NCBI GenBank assembly: GCA_964399175.1
Contig: CAYNPZ010000004.1
Location: 1 to 49,337 of the forward strand
Length of the DNA stretch: 49,337 nt
Source of the DNA: an uncultured Bacteroidales bacterium
GTDB lineage: Bacteria > Bacteroidota > Bacteroidia > Bacteroidales > UBA12077
Direction: 5' to 3'
Shown piece after piece: positions 37,785-47,521 of the stretch. The number at the start of each line of letters is the position of its first letter. The stretch's first letter is position 1. Made by a program: the position numbers and the translations under genes. The notes under the pieces are model-generated. The model was not told the origin of the DNA. It saw only the letters and a list, made by a program, of their open reading frames with translations, and searched no databases.

Positions 37785-39149
37785 TCATTCATAGCGAAGT
37801 GATTCAATGGGGTCTTTTTCGGCTGCTCTTTGGGCTGGTGAATAGCCAAAAATAATGCCTACAGTCACACTCACCAGGAATGCTATGAGAATGGACCCCG
37901 GGGTAACCACGGTTTCAATGTCTGTAAGCTGTTCTATTGTACCTGAAATACCAATTCCCAGGGCGATACCAATAAATCCACCGGCAAGACTGATCATAAC
38001 CGCCTCACTCATAAACTGAACGAGAATGTCTTTTTTATTGGCTCCAATAGACATTCTGATGCCAATTTCCTTAATGCGTTCCATCACAGTGGCAAACATA
38101 ATATTCATTATACCGATGCCACCCACCAACAGGGATATCCCCGCAATGGCACCCAGAACAAAATTAAAGATCTCTTTTGCCTGTTGTTTCTGACGCAGTA
38201 AAATTTCCGGCACGATCACCTCAAAATCCTGCATGCCATTGTGTCTTCTGGTAAGCATTCTTTTCACAACGCCGGCTGTAGTCCCAAGGTGGTCGGTATT
38301 GGCAACTTTAATGACAATTCTGTCGAGCTGGTGATAATTATCTTGCTTTTCACCCGACTGGCCCCCATAAACCGCGCCATTTACCACAACCCCAGCACCC
38401 TGGTCAGAGGATGAAGAAGGTTTGTAGTTCAGGAGTTTCCTGTTCTTAATGCGCATGATCATGGTTTTATCCGGAATGTAAACGGAGTTATTGACATTGT
38501 TGAATCCATATTCCTGGACAGCCGCGGCAGAAACTGCTTCATTGCCAAGCACCCCAATCACTTTAAGCCAGATATTCCCAAATTTAATATAATCTCCCAC
38601 CGGATTCTCCTGGCTGAACAATCTTGAGGCAACATCCGAACCAATAATACATACCTTCTTTCCTTCTTCTTCCTGAATTGGCAAGAAATAACTTCCCCGA
38701 ACCAGACGGAAATTATAAATATCAAAATATCCGTTGGCCACCCCAATGCAGTTGCCTTCCATACTGGTTCCCTTATAGATGATATTGGACTGCATAATGA
38801 TCTCGGGGGAGACACGCTGAACATTGGGCAGAATGGTCCGGATGGCTTCATAATCTCTCTGATCAAGGCCGGGTGAAAACTTTCGCTGTTTCTCCTCCTG
38901 ATCTTCCTGATCTCCTCCCTCCTCATTACCGGAAGAACCTTTGTCAATTTTCGCTTCCACAATGATATTGTTGGCCCCTATGAGTTCAATCTGTTTTAAA
39001 ATTTCCTGCTTGGCTCCCTGACCTATTGCCAGCATGCTGATAACAGCCGCTACGCCAAAAAGAATCCCCAGCGCTGTCAAACCGCTTTTAAGCTTATTTG
39101 AACGGAGCGCTTCCAGTGCGATCTCTATGTTATGGAAATATCTTTTCAC
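37785..39149 (-). CDS. MacB-like ABC transporter permease (no fused ATPase)
   Basis: LTALGILFGVAAVISMLAIGQG, ISLLVGGIGIMNIM...ERIKEIGIRMSIGA, PAQRAAEKDPIESLRYE. Confidence 0.92.
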   Translation of the reverse strand: MKRYFHNIEIALEALRSNKLKSGLTALGILFGVAAVISMLAIGQGAKQEILKQIELIGANNIIVEAKIDKGSSGNEEGGDQEDQEEKQRKFSPGLDQRDYEAIRTILPNVQRVSPEIIMQSNIIYKGTSMEGNCIGVANGYFDIYNFRLVRGSYFLPIQEEEGKKVCIIGSDVASRLFSQENPVGDYIKFGNIWLKVIGVLGNEAVSAAAVQEYGFNNVNNSVYIPDKTMIMRIKNRKLLNYKPSSSSDQGAGVVVNGAVYGGQSGEKQDNYHQLDRIVIKVANTDHLGTTAGVVKRMLTRRHNGMQDFEVIVPEILLRQKQQAKEIFNFVLGAIAGISLLVGGIGIMNIMFATVMERIKEIGIRMSIGANKKDILVQFMSEAVMISLAGGFIGIALGIGISGTIEQLTDIETVVTPGSILIAFLVSVTVGIIFGYSPAQRAAEKDPIESLRYE

Positions 39150-39158
39150 CCTTTTTCT

Positions 39159-40406
39159 CTATTCCTTTAGCTGAACCAGTTCCATTTCACCGGCATTCCC
39201 AGGAATATTCAAATATACTTCCTGACCTTCTTTCAGACCTTCTTTTACAATTATATAATTCTCATTGGAGTTCCCCAGCTTTACCTCCTTCTTTCCGGGA
39301 TTTGTAGTATAAACATAGCTGAGGGTATCGTTGCTGTGTACAGCTTCCAGGGGAAGGTACTTTACATTACTGAAGGAACCGGTTATGATCTCATTGCTGC
39401 TGGTCATGGAAGGCCGTAAAATGGAATCGGCCTGATTCAGTGTTATAATCACCTCGAAAACCTTTGCCCCGGTATTCCGGAGCTCTTGCCCGATATTGGC
39501 AACCTCCGTTACCGTGCCGGTGTATTTTCTGTCGGGAAAGGCATCCACCTGTATATCCACCTTTTGTCCCTCATCCACCTTGCTAATGTCAATCTCATTG
39601 ACATGGGTTTTGGAAATCATGGTAGAAAGATCGGGTAGCGTAGCCACAGTAAGATCCCACGGGCTTATCGTGGAGCCTTCTTTCCTCTTCTTTCCGTCCC
39701 ATCCTTTTTTATAGATGACCATACCCGGCTGGGGGGCATGAATGGTAAATTCTTGCAGCAATTTTTCCATCTCATTCTTCTTTCGCCTCTGCTTGGCCAG
39801 ATTGATGGAAACCTCATTCATTTGGGCTTCGGCCTGTTCTACCTGGAGGTTGTAATTCTCCCGGGCCTGGGAAAGTTCCCGCTCCGCCCTGTCCAATTCT
39901 ATTTTTGCCTGACGTTGGGTTGCCGGCGGCTCATATTTCGACTGTTTTACCTTGATCCTTTTTTCCTCCACGGTGTATTCAAGATCAATGAGCTGGTTCC
40001 TTAATTTTTTAAGCTCCATGGCGGTATCCAGCTTCGTTGTGAGGTATTCAGATTTTCTTTTCTCCAGTTCATCTTCTATATCCTGTAAGGTGCTCAGTGC
40101 TCCTGTTTTGTCAAGACGGGCCACGTAATCACCCGAATCCACCACAGTACCCTCAGGCACCAGATCCAGAATCTTTACCTCCCTTATACCCAGCGAACGG
40201 TTCCTTAGACCTTCCGGCCCCCGTATCTGAACGGATTTTTTAGCCTGTAATCCGCCCGTGGTTTTCACGCGAATATCAAAATCTCCCTGTTGTACCTTCG
40301 CAACCAACGGTGAATTGTAAGCTTTAGGGTCGGCATTCCCAAAAAGAAATATTGCCAATCCAACCAGCACCACCAGGCCACCAATAATGGCTATCTTTTT
40401 TTTCAT
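39159..40406 (-). CDS. MacA-like periplasmic adaptor (membrane fusion protein)
   Basis: N-terminal TM, lipoyl halves VPEGTVVDSGD and IHAPQPG, long hairpin, VNEIDISKV, LRPSMT. Confidence 0.9.
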   Translation of the reverse strand: MKKKIAIIGGLVVLVGLAIFLFGNADPKAYNSPLVAKVQQGDFDIRVKTTGGLQAKKSVQIRGPEGLRNRSLGIREVKILDLVPEGTVVDSGDYVARLDKTGALSTLQDIEDELEKRKSEYLTTKLDTAMELKKLRNQLIDLEYTVEEKRIKVKQSKYEPPATQRQAKIELDRAERELSQARENYNLQVEQAEAQMNEVSINLAKQRRKKNEMEKLLQEFTIHAPQPGMVIYKKGWDGKKRKEGSTISPWDLTVATLPDLSTMISKTHVNEIDISKVDEGQKVDIQVDAFPDRKYTGTVTEVANIGQELRNTGAKVFEVIITLNQADSILRPSMTSSNEIITGSFSNVKYLPLEAVHSNDTLSYVYTTNPGKKEVKLGNSNENYIIVKEGLKEGQEVYLNIPGNAGEMELVQLKE

Positions 40407-40411
40407 GTATG

Positions 40412-41803
40412 TTACTTTTGTATTATTTCATCCACAGCATCAAAAATTTCTGAAGCCACCCTTTCTGCGGTGTCCTTATCTTTTCCTTCCGAATAAACCC
40501 TGATGATCGGTTCGGTATTGGATTTACGCAGATGAACCCAACCTTCCTGAAATTCAATCCGCACGCCGTCAACATCATTGACAGGATAATCAGCAAAACG
40601 TTTTTTAAGCCGGCGTAAAATATTATCAACGTCGATATCAGGAGTTAATTGTATCTTGTTTTTGGTAATATGATAAAACGGATACCGCTTTCTGAGCTCT
40701 GAACAGGATGTTTGTGAATGTGCAAGATGGGTAAGGAAAAGGGCGATACCCACCAGGGCATCTCTTCCATAATGAAGATCAGGAAGAATAACTCCGCCGT
40801 TCCCCTCTCCTCCTATCACAGCCTGCACCTCTTTCATTTTTGCAACAACATTCACCTCTCCCACAGCTGATGGATAATAGGAACCGCCGTATTTTTCAGT
40901 AAGCTCCCTCAAGGCTTTGGTTGAAGAAAGATTCGACACCGTATTCCCGGGTTTGTGCTGAAGAATGTAATCCGCTACAGATACAAGGGTATACTCCTCA
41001 CCAAACATCGAACCATTTTCATCAACTATGGCCAGGCGGTCTACATCCGGATCGACGACAAAGCCCAGATCGGCATTGTTTTTCGTGATTTCCTCCCGCA
41101 TACCGGTAAGGTTTTCGGGAATGGGTTCCGGATTGTGCGCAAAATGTCCATCCGGGTTACAATTCACTTCGATCACCTCTTTAACACCCAGTTTTCTGAG
41201 CAACTGAGGAACAGCAATACCCCCCACTGAATTGATGCCATCCACTACCACCCGAAACCCTTCAGAAGATATGGCATCCACATCTACCAGAGGCAATCTC
41301 AGGATCTCCCGGATATGGAAATCCAGATATTCCTCCTTCCGGCTTTCTTTTCCAAGCTGATCTACACGGGCATATTCGATTTCCTGGCGATCAGCGATCC
41401 TAAGAATATCCTCCCCTTCCTCCCGGTTCAGGAATTCACCCCGGTCGTTGAGCAATTTCAGGGCATTCCATTGAACCGGATTATGGCTGGCGGTAAGAAT
41501 AATACCTCCCTGGGCGCCTTCGGCAGCAACCGCCATTTCCACAGTAGGTGTGGTGGCAAGGTCCAGGTTGATCACATCAACGCCCATGGCCATCAAAGTG
41601 CCTGAAACCATACGATAAACCATTTCACCCGAAGGCCGGGCATCTCTGCCAACCACGACTTTTACGGATTCATTGTCTGATTGCTGTTTTGCCCAGACGG
41701 CATAAGCAGAAGTAAATTTTACAATATCGCCGGGAGTAAGATTATCTCCTTTCTCTTTACCTATTGTACCGCGAATACCTGAAATCGATTTGATAAGTGT
41801 CAT
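40412..41803 (-). CDS. glmM: Phosphoglucosamine mutase
   Basis: SISGIRG, GRDAR, TASHNP, DPDVDR, GGEGNGG, RKSNTEP. Confidence 0.9.
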   Translation of the reverse strand: MTLIKSISGIRGTIGKEKGDNLTPGDIVKFTSAYAVWAKQQSDNESVKVVVGRDARPSGEMVYRMVSGTLMAMGVDVINLDLATTPTVEMAVAAEGAQGGIILTASHNPVQWNALKLLNDRGEFLNREEGEDILRIADRQEIEYARVDQLGKESRKEEYLDFHIREILRLPLVDVDAISSEGFRVVVDGINSVGGIAVPQLLRKLGVKEVIEVNCNPDGHFAHNPEPIPENLTGMREEITKNNADLGFVVDPDVDRLAIVDENGSMFGEEYTLVSVADYILQHKPGNTVSNLSSTKALRELTEKYGGSYYPSAVGEVNVVAKMKEVQAVIGGEGNGGVILPDLHYGRDALVGIALFLTHLAHSQTSCSELRKRYPFYHITKNKIQLTPDIDVDNILRRLKKRFADYPVNDVDGVRIEFQEGWVHLRKSNTEPIIRVYSEGKDKDTAERVASEIFDAVDEIIQK

Positions 41804-42020
41804 GATCTAGGTGCAATTTAAAATTACAAAATTGAAAGCACCTCAAAAGTAATATAAATTCATGTATGCATAAAGTTACAAGGAATCATTTTTTTATAGC
41901 CAACCGGATCATTTTTTATTCCGGTCTTTTTATCCTGGATCCTTGATAAATCTTTTTAATAATGAATTATTTGTGAATAATTCGGTTAAATTTGCCCGGC
42001 AGAAAAGCAAAGCATTAACT

Positions 42021-42360
42021 ATGAAGAAAATACTGATGTTATATTCAGGCGGTCTGGATTCCAGACTGACAACCAAACTTTTAAATGAGCAAGGGTAAAG
42101 CTCATCCGGCCTCTTGCTGAAGAAGGCATCAATGGAAGAAGCAGAAAAAAACATGGTTTGTAGTAGGAAGAAATAAGGGAGAGAATGATGTGACAGAGAC
42201 CTTTAAACATGTTATACCCTCCGGAAAAGGCAAACCTGCGGTATTTTATCATTCAGATAACGACCCTGAATATGCCCGGCAGGAAACCCTGAAGCTCCAG
42301 CAGGCATACCGGCAAAAAGATGCTGAAGCCATCAACCATTATACAAACTGGAAACTGTAG
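42021..42360 (+). pseudogene. Internally deleted remnant of a PP-loop tRNA-thiolase-like gene (ThiI/MnmA-related, NFACT-R/DUF814-like C-terminus)
   Basis: Three fragments in three frames: MKKILMLYSGGLDSRLTTKLLNEQG* (42021-42098), KLIRPLAEEGINGRSRKK (from 42098), TWFVVGRNKGEND...WKL* (42151-42360); upstream TAAATTTG box retained. Confidence 0.75.
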
Positions 42361-42367
42361 CCGGAAT

Positions 42368-42838
42368 TTATTCTCCCGAACCGTTGCCTCCCATAAAATC
42401 CTTTATCCACCCGGACCCGGCGTCTTCCCGGCTATCCAGATCCTTAATATATGGCTTTATGTCAAGCAAAGGTGTTTGATCCAGCATATCCACCCCCCGG
42501 ATGAATATCTCGGTGCCTTTTATCTCCCTAATTTTCACAATAGTTAAACCCAGGTGATTGGGCCTTTGAGGTCCACGAATGGCAAAAATTCCCCGTTCTT
42601 CCTGATCCATGGGTGGCGTACCTTTAAGCTTCATCTCCTCTACCTTATGAAAGTAAAAGATCAGAATGGCGTGCGAAAATTTTTCCAGGTCCTTGAGCCC
42701 CTCTTTATACTCCTCAAAAAGCTCAATCTTCCCTTCTGATTCGGGTTCAAATGTACCCTGCTTGGGCGTTTCACTTTTATTCTGAAAAGGTGTTCTGATA
42801 ATTCCAATGTTTTTCAAAATAAAGGTTTCCTGATTCAT
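42368..42838 (-). CDS. trmO: tRNA m6t6A37 methyltransferase TrmO (TsaA)
   Basis: IGIIRTPF, GLKDLEKFSH, RGIFAIRGPQRPNHLGLT, VDMLDQTPLLDIKPY; start set at ATG 42838 to avoid overlap. Confidence 0.9.
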   Translation of the reverse strand: MNQETFILKNIGIIRTPFQNKSETPKQGTFEPESEGKIELFEEYKEGLKDLEKFSHAILIFYFHKVEEMKLKGTPPMDQEERGIFAIRGPQRPNHLGLTIVKIREIKGTEIFIRGVDMLDQTPLLDIKPYIKDLDSREDAGSGWIKDFMGGNGSGE

Positions 42839-42848
42839 ACCAAATAAT

Positions 42849-44282
42849 TTATTTTTTGGGTAATATCTTTTTATTTTGCTCCTGCTGCCTGATCCAGGAG
42901 CATCCTGCACCTGAAACATCCGTTCCTGCAGGTGGCTGATCCCCGCAACCGAAAAACACATTCAAGCCAAACCTTACATTCACATTTCGAACATCAAGGG
43001 GAGTAACGGCCCTCAGATTATCCGTGGCCATATAAAACTGGATCTTTTCGCTTTGTAAAGAAAAACCTACACCAAAATTACTAAAACTATAACGATTGTA
43101 AGAATATCCGGCACTCACCGAGAAAAAATCCTGAATATCCGCGTTCAATGAAAGCGTCAGTGAGGGATAGATCCTCCATTTATAAAAAAGATTGCGCTGA
43201 AGAACTCCTGCCCGGATCTGTTCATTAAGCTGGTAGGTTGCTCCTATATAGCTTTTCAGAGGCAAAAGCGTCATATAGGGTTCCTGTAAAAGACTGGTTT
43301 CATAGGAATCCTCCAAAGAATCCAGCATGAGCTGGGGGTAGTCATCTTCCTGAAGATCTTCACGGGCAAGCCCTTCCAACTGAAATTGCTGCTCCACTTC
43401 CAGATTATTCAGGTCAGAAGTCCAGTACATCACGCCAAGATCATTAAATCCTCCGTAAAGTACGAATTCTTCCATGCCAGTATAAATGCCGCCGACGTCT
43501 ACATTCAATCCCGGGTTCTTTCCGTTAAAAAGCACGCTTCTTGTGGGTATATCCTCCCTTAACCGGATCTCGGAAATGTTCCCTGCGGCATCCTCCGTTA
43601 CCTCAACCGGTAATGTGGAATTCACCCTGTAGGTTCCCGAAGCATCCAGATGATAATTATCTTCCCGGGTATGGATATTCCATTCCTCCCTGCGCGTACT
43701 TAGGTTCATTTTGCCGAAAAGCAATCCGCCTCTTACACCCAACCTTAAATCACTATTCACCCACCCCGAGGCGCTTAATGAAAACTCCCTGTAATAGGAA
43801 AAATCGCCTCCCATCCTTTGAATTTCGGCAGTTTCACCCACGTATTGCGCATTTCCCTTCCAGGGAACCAAAAACAAATTTTTGGGATAAGTAACCAATA
43901 CATCGGCATGTTCAGTGATCTTAAAAGTCAAAAAATAGTCTTTGTACCACATGCCCAGAGAAAAAATATCGAACTGCACCTGGGCGTTCAGCAGATCCAG
44001 GTTGTGCAGGCGCCTTTCCAGATAATTGAAATCAATGACCCGTCCGTTATCTTGCTCAGGAAAAATCTGATTATAGGAAAAGCCGGTATTTCCAACATCC
44101 AGATGAAATGATGAAATCAAGGGCAGGCCGATGTAATTGCAGGGGATGGAAAAGGCAGGATTCAGATCAGCGGTTTGGGGAACCGAACGCATATAGTAGA
44201 AAGTATTGCTTTGCTGGGCCTTCGTGAAATAAAAAGAAAATACAAGAATAAGAAAAAGAAAGGTTCGCCTCCCATTTAACAT
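42849..44282 (-). CDS. DUF5723-like outer-membrane protein
   Basis: Signal peptide ending TKAQ, NTFYYMRSVPQ...LNPAF, GLNVDVGG, FNDLG..YW, QFYMATDN, RFGLNVFFG; start ATG 44282 preferred over 44399. Confidence 0.8.
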   Translation of the reverse strand: MLNGRRTFLFLILVFSFYFTKAQQSNTFYYMRSVPQTADLNPAFSIPCNYIGLPLISSFHLDVGNTGFSYNQIFPEQDNGRVIDFNYLERRLHNLDLLNAQVQFDIFSLGMWYKDYFLTFKITEHADVLVTYPKNLFLVPWKGNAQYVGETAEIQRMGGDFSYYREFSLSASGWVNSDLRLGVRGGLLFGKMNLSTRREEWNIHTREDNYHLDASGTYRVNSTLPVEVTEDAAGNISEIRLREDIPTRSVLFNGKNPGLNVDVGGIYTGMEEFVLYGGFNDLGVMYWTSDLNNLEVEQQFQLEGLAREDLQEDDYPQLMLDSLEDSYETSLLQEPYMTLLPLKSYIGATYQLNEQIRAGVLQRNLFYKWRIYPSLTLSLNADIQDFFSVSAGYSYNRYSFSNFGVGFSLQSEKIQFYMATDNLRAVTPLDVRNVNVRFGLNVFFGCGDQPPAGTDVSGAGCSWIRQQEQNKKILPKK

Positions 44283-44414
44283 GGTTTTACGATTGGCATT
44301 TTTTATCCAATCTCTTTCATACTTATGCCATGAGTTTCTTTGCTCCATTTGCCCTTGTATTGTAGGAAGTTGATTTGATCCATGAAGATCATTCCACATT
44401 CCTAGGTAAACTGG

Positions 44415-44457
44415 AAATTCTAAATTCTAAATTCTAAATTCTAAAATCCTAAATCCT
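44415..44457 (+). repeat. Heptamer tandem repeat
   Basis: (AAATTCT)x4, A, (AAATCCT)x2. Confidence 0.9.
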
Positions 44458-44461
44458 AACC

Positions 44462-44649
44462 AGAGATTGTCCATGAAATCATATCTACCGGAGAGAATCT
44501 TGGCTAGGATGTTCGCTGGCAAGGCTTGCGAGTCTTGCATGCCAGGAGTTTACTTTCTGTACCCGAATAATTCAAAAATTATTCCTGTCTCCGACAGCTG
44601 GTATGAAAAACGAGCGTAATGAAGCCAGCGGACATTATAGACAGACTCT
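44462..44649. mobile_element. Degenerate MITE-like element (188 bp)
   Basis: Ends AGAGATTGTCCATGA / TTATAGACAGACTCT (11/15 inverted match); internal inverted pair ATGTTCGCTGGC (44509-44520) / GCCAGCGGACAT (44624-44635); nested hairpins. Confidence 0.55.
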
Positions 44650-44651
44650 AA

Positions 44652-45341
44652 CTAGTAACCCAGGTCTGAGGGTCTCACGTTCAATTTCACACCTGCCGCA
44701 GCCTCCATTCTGATCTCATAATCCTCATAGAACCGGATGGAATCCAGATCTTCACGGGTTACTGAGATACTGGCTTCTACCAAAAAATTATTCCCTTCGT
44801 AAACATGCTCAATTGCTTCTTCATCAAAGACCACTTCAAATTCCTGTGTTACAGCCCGCCTTACTCTGCCTTCTTCATCAGGGGAGGCCGCTTCAATGGT
44901 TTTCGGTTCTTCAAACAGGGTCAGAAGGGTCGTTGGCCCTTCCCTGAAATACACCTGAACCTTGCCGGAGGTAGGATAGGTATTCCAAACGCGGAAATGC
45001 ACGGTCATCCATTCAATGTAGCGGGAGGAATTGATCTGATCGGCCAGGGAATATTCAAAGCTGTCCCGCGTTGCAATCTGACCTTCGATTAAACTGTAAC
45101 GGGAGTCTTCGTAAAAAACCGGGAAAGTGTCATCGGGAAAAAAGTCGGGCAAATTGTACTGCTCAAAATAATTGTTCACATCCACACTACCGTCGCCCAA
45201 AGGAACCGACAATTCGGGCTTCCAGTGGTCCGCCTCATCCCAGCGAATATTCTCAAAATTGTCCTCAACACAGGAAAACAAGGCTATGGATAGTAAAAAA
45301 GCGATCATCCCCGCAGGGATGATCCTTTTTAAAATGGTCAT
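44652..45341 (-). CDS. Hypothetical lipoprotein
   Basis: Signal peptide with LFSC lipobox followed by acidic VEDNFE; WKPELSVPL motif; upstream of the DUF5723-like gene. Confidence 0.8.
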   Translation of the reverse strand: MTILKRIIPAGMIAFLLSIALFSCVEDNFENIRWDEADHWKPELSVPLGDGSVDVNNYFEQYNLPDFFPDDTFPVFYEDSRYSLIEGQIATRDSFEYSLADQINSSRYIEWMTVHFRVWNTYPTSGKVQVYFREGPTTLLTLFEEPKTIEAASPDEEGRVRRAVTQEFEVVFDEEAIEHVYEGNNFLVEASISVTREDLDSIRFYEDYEIRMEAAAGVKLNVRPSDLGY

Positions 45342-45346
45342 ATCGG

Positions 45347-46255
45347 TTATTTTTCAGTGGTTTGCTCACCGGAAGTTTCTTCCTTTGTGCTGTCTCCTTT
45401 ACTTCCCCCGGGGAACGACTTATAGGCCTTAGTAAGGCTCGAACGCACATTGCTAATCCGGTCTTCAATATCCGAACGGAAGTTTTTCCACTTTTCTCCC
45501 GTGGTTTTCGACATGTCGTCCAGGTATTGCTGGATCTTATCCCTTTGCTCCCTTACATAACTTAAATGCTCATCAACTGTAGTTTTTACTTCCTGGGTAG
45601 AATTTTCTGTTTTCTGCTCCAGATCGGATATCTTTTCATTAAACTCATTCAGCCAGCTTTGCGCATTTTCATAAAACTTTTGCGCGGAATAATCTTCTCT
45701 GCGTTTCTGAAAATTCTGATAAAGACTATTGATGCTGGTGGCCATTGAATTAAGGCCTTCATCTATTTTATCTCTGACTTGATTCCATCGCTGGCCACTT
45801 TCTTTTCTCATTTCCATCAGGGAATTCTGAAGCCTTTCCCGCTGATCTTTCAGATATTCGAGCTGCTGGCGGGTGTTCTCACCGATTTCCTGGCTGGAGT
45901 TACGGGCTTTATCCTCCAGATCGGATATCTTTTCATTAAACTCATTAAGCCAGGACTGGGTCTTTTGATAAAAATCCTGCTTATCTGCATTGATCTGATT
46001 CACCATCTCTTCAAACTCATTGGAAAGATTGCGCCACTGCGTATTACTGGCATTCACCAGATCCTGGTATTTGGTTTCCAGCTCCTTCCTCTGTTTGGGA
46101 ATATCTTCCAGTTCTTTATCCAGCTTGTCAATGTTTTCTTTGGTGTTCATTCTGGCCTCCAAAGCTTTAGATTCCAGCTCATAAAGTTTGGACATCATTT
46201 TCTTGGTGATGATTTCTGCCTTTTGTTCATAATTTTTTCTTTCATCTTCTGCCAT
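45347..46255 (-). CDS. Helical repeat protein with three tandem coiled-coil units
   Basis: Units 2 and 3 share QSWLNEFNEKISDLE; each unit ends with a W-containing helix (QWRNL, RWNQV, KWKNF). Confidence 0.8.
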   Translation of the reverse strand: MAEDERKNYEQKAEIITKKMMSKLYELESKALEARMNTKENIDKLDKELEDIPKQRKELETKYQDLVNASNTQWRNLSNEFEEMVNQINADKQDFYQKTQSWLNEFNEKISDLEDKARNSSQEIGENTRQQLEYLKDQRERLQNSLMEMRKESGQRWNQVRDKIDEGLNSMATSINSLYQNFQKRREDYSAQKFYENAQSWLNEFNEKISDLEQKTENSTQEVKTTVDEHLSYVREQRDKIQQYLDDMSKTTGEKWKNFRSDIEDRISNVRSSLTKAYKSFPGGSKGDSTKEETSGEQTTEK

Positions 46256-46582
46256 AACTATACATTTTTAAAATTATCAGTTAAGTAAAATAAGACAATT
46301 TCATTTTGTCAAATAATATCCGTAATTTTTTGTAGATTTTATAAGGAATCCTTAATAAAGAAACGAATAACAACCATAATTCATACAAAGCATATCCATT
46401 ATTTGATGATTTTTCCCTTAACCCCTTCAAACAGATGAATAAATCAAGTGTTCAATTAAAGGGTTATTACTGCTCAATTATTAAGTTTTCATCAGCTTAA
46501 AAAATTATCAATTAAACTGGTATTGACACAAATATTATTAATTTAGTGCCCGTTTAATTCCGGGCAATAAAAAACAAATGGA

Positions 46583-47521
46583 ATGGGATTCCTGAATATC
46601 GAAAATGTAGACAAAAAATTTGTAAATCATTATGCCCTCAGTGATGTGAGCATAAGCATTCCGGAAAACTCAATTTATGGGCTACTGGGTCCGAACGGAG
46701 CCGGGAAAACCACCCTCATCCGGATCATCAACAGAATTACAGCCCAGGACAGCGGGGAAGTATATTTTAAAGGGCACAAAATTAAAATGGAAGATGTATT
46801 CCGTATCGGATATCTTCCTGAAGAAAGGGGCCTGTACAAAAAGATGAAAGTAGGTGAACAGGCACTTTACCTGGCCCAGCTTAAGGGGATGCCCAAACGG
46901 GAAGCCATCCGGAAACTCAAGTATTGGTTTGAGAAATTTGAGATACAGGGATGGTGGGAAAAAAAAGTGGAAGAGCTCTCCAAGGGCATGCAGCAAAAGC
47001 TGCAATTCATCTCCACAGTGGTGCATGAGCCCGAACTGCTGATATTCGACGAACCCTTCAGCGGCTTCGATCCCATCAATACCAACATGCTTAAAAATGA
47101 AGTGAGATCCCTTAAAAAGAAAGGATCCACCATCATTTTTTCCACCCATAATATGGGATCCGTAGAAGAGCTCTGCGATCACATCACCTTGATCAACAGA
47201 GCGGAAAACATACTGGAAGGACCCATCCAGGAAGTAAGAAACCGTTACAAAAGCAACATTTACCAGATTGAATTCAACGGGGATCCGGACAAGTTGGAGG
47301 CTTCATTGAATCAACACTATGAGGTTCTTGAATGGAAGACCATCAACGGCAACAATGCCGTTCGGGTCAAACTGCTACGCCATACTTCGGAAAATGAACT
47401 GCTGTCGCTGATCATTCCCGTGGTGGAAATCATTGCTTTCAGGGAAGAGATCCCAAGCATGAATGACATCTTCATCAAGGCCGTCAATGAATATAAAACT
47501 GCAGAATCTCACGCATCATGA
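46583..47521 (+). CDS. ABC transporter ATP-binding protein (NatA-like)
   Basis: GPNGAGKTT, GYLPEERGLY, LSKGMQQK, DEPFSGFDP, FSTH, PSMNDIFI. Confidence 0.93.
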   Translation: MGFLNIENVDKKFVNHYALSDVSISIPENSIYGLLGPNGAGKTTLIRIINRITAQDSGEVYFKGHKIKMEDVFRIGYLPEERGLYKKMKVGEQALYLAQLKGMPKREAIRKLKYWFEKFEIQGWWEKKVEELSKGMQQKLQFISTVVHEPELLIFDEPFSGFDPINTNMLKNEVRSLKKKGSTIIFSTHNMGSVEELCDHITLINRAENILEGPIQEVRNRYKSNIYQIEFNGDPDKLEASLNQHYEVLEWKTINGNNAVRVKLLRHTSENELLSLIIPVVEIIAFREEIPSMNDIFIKAVNEYKTAESHAS

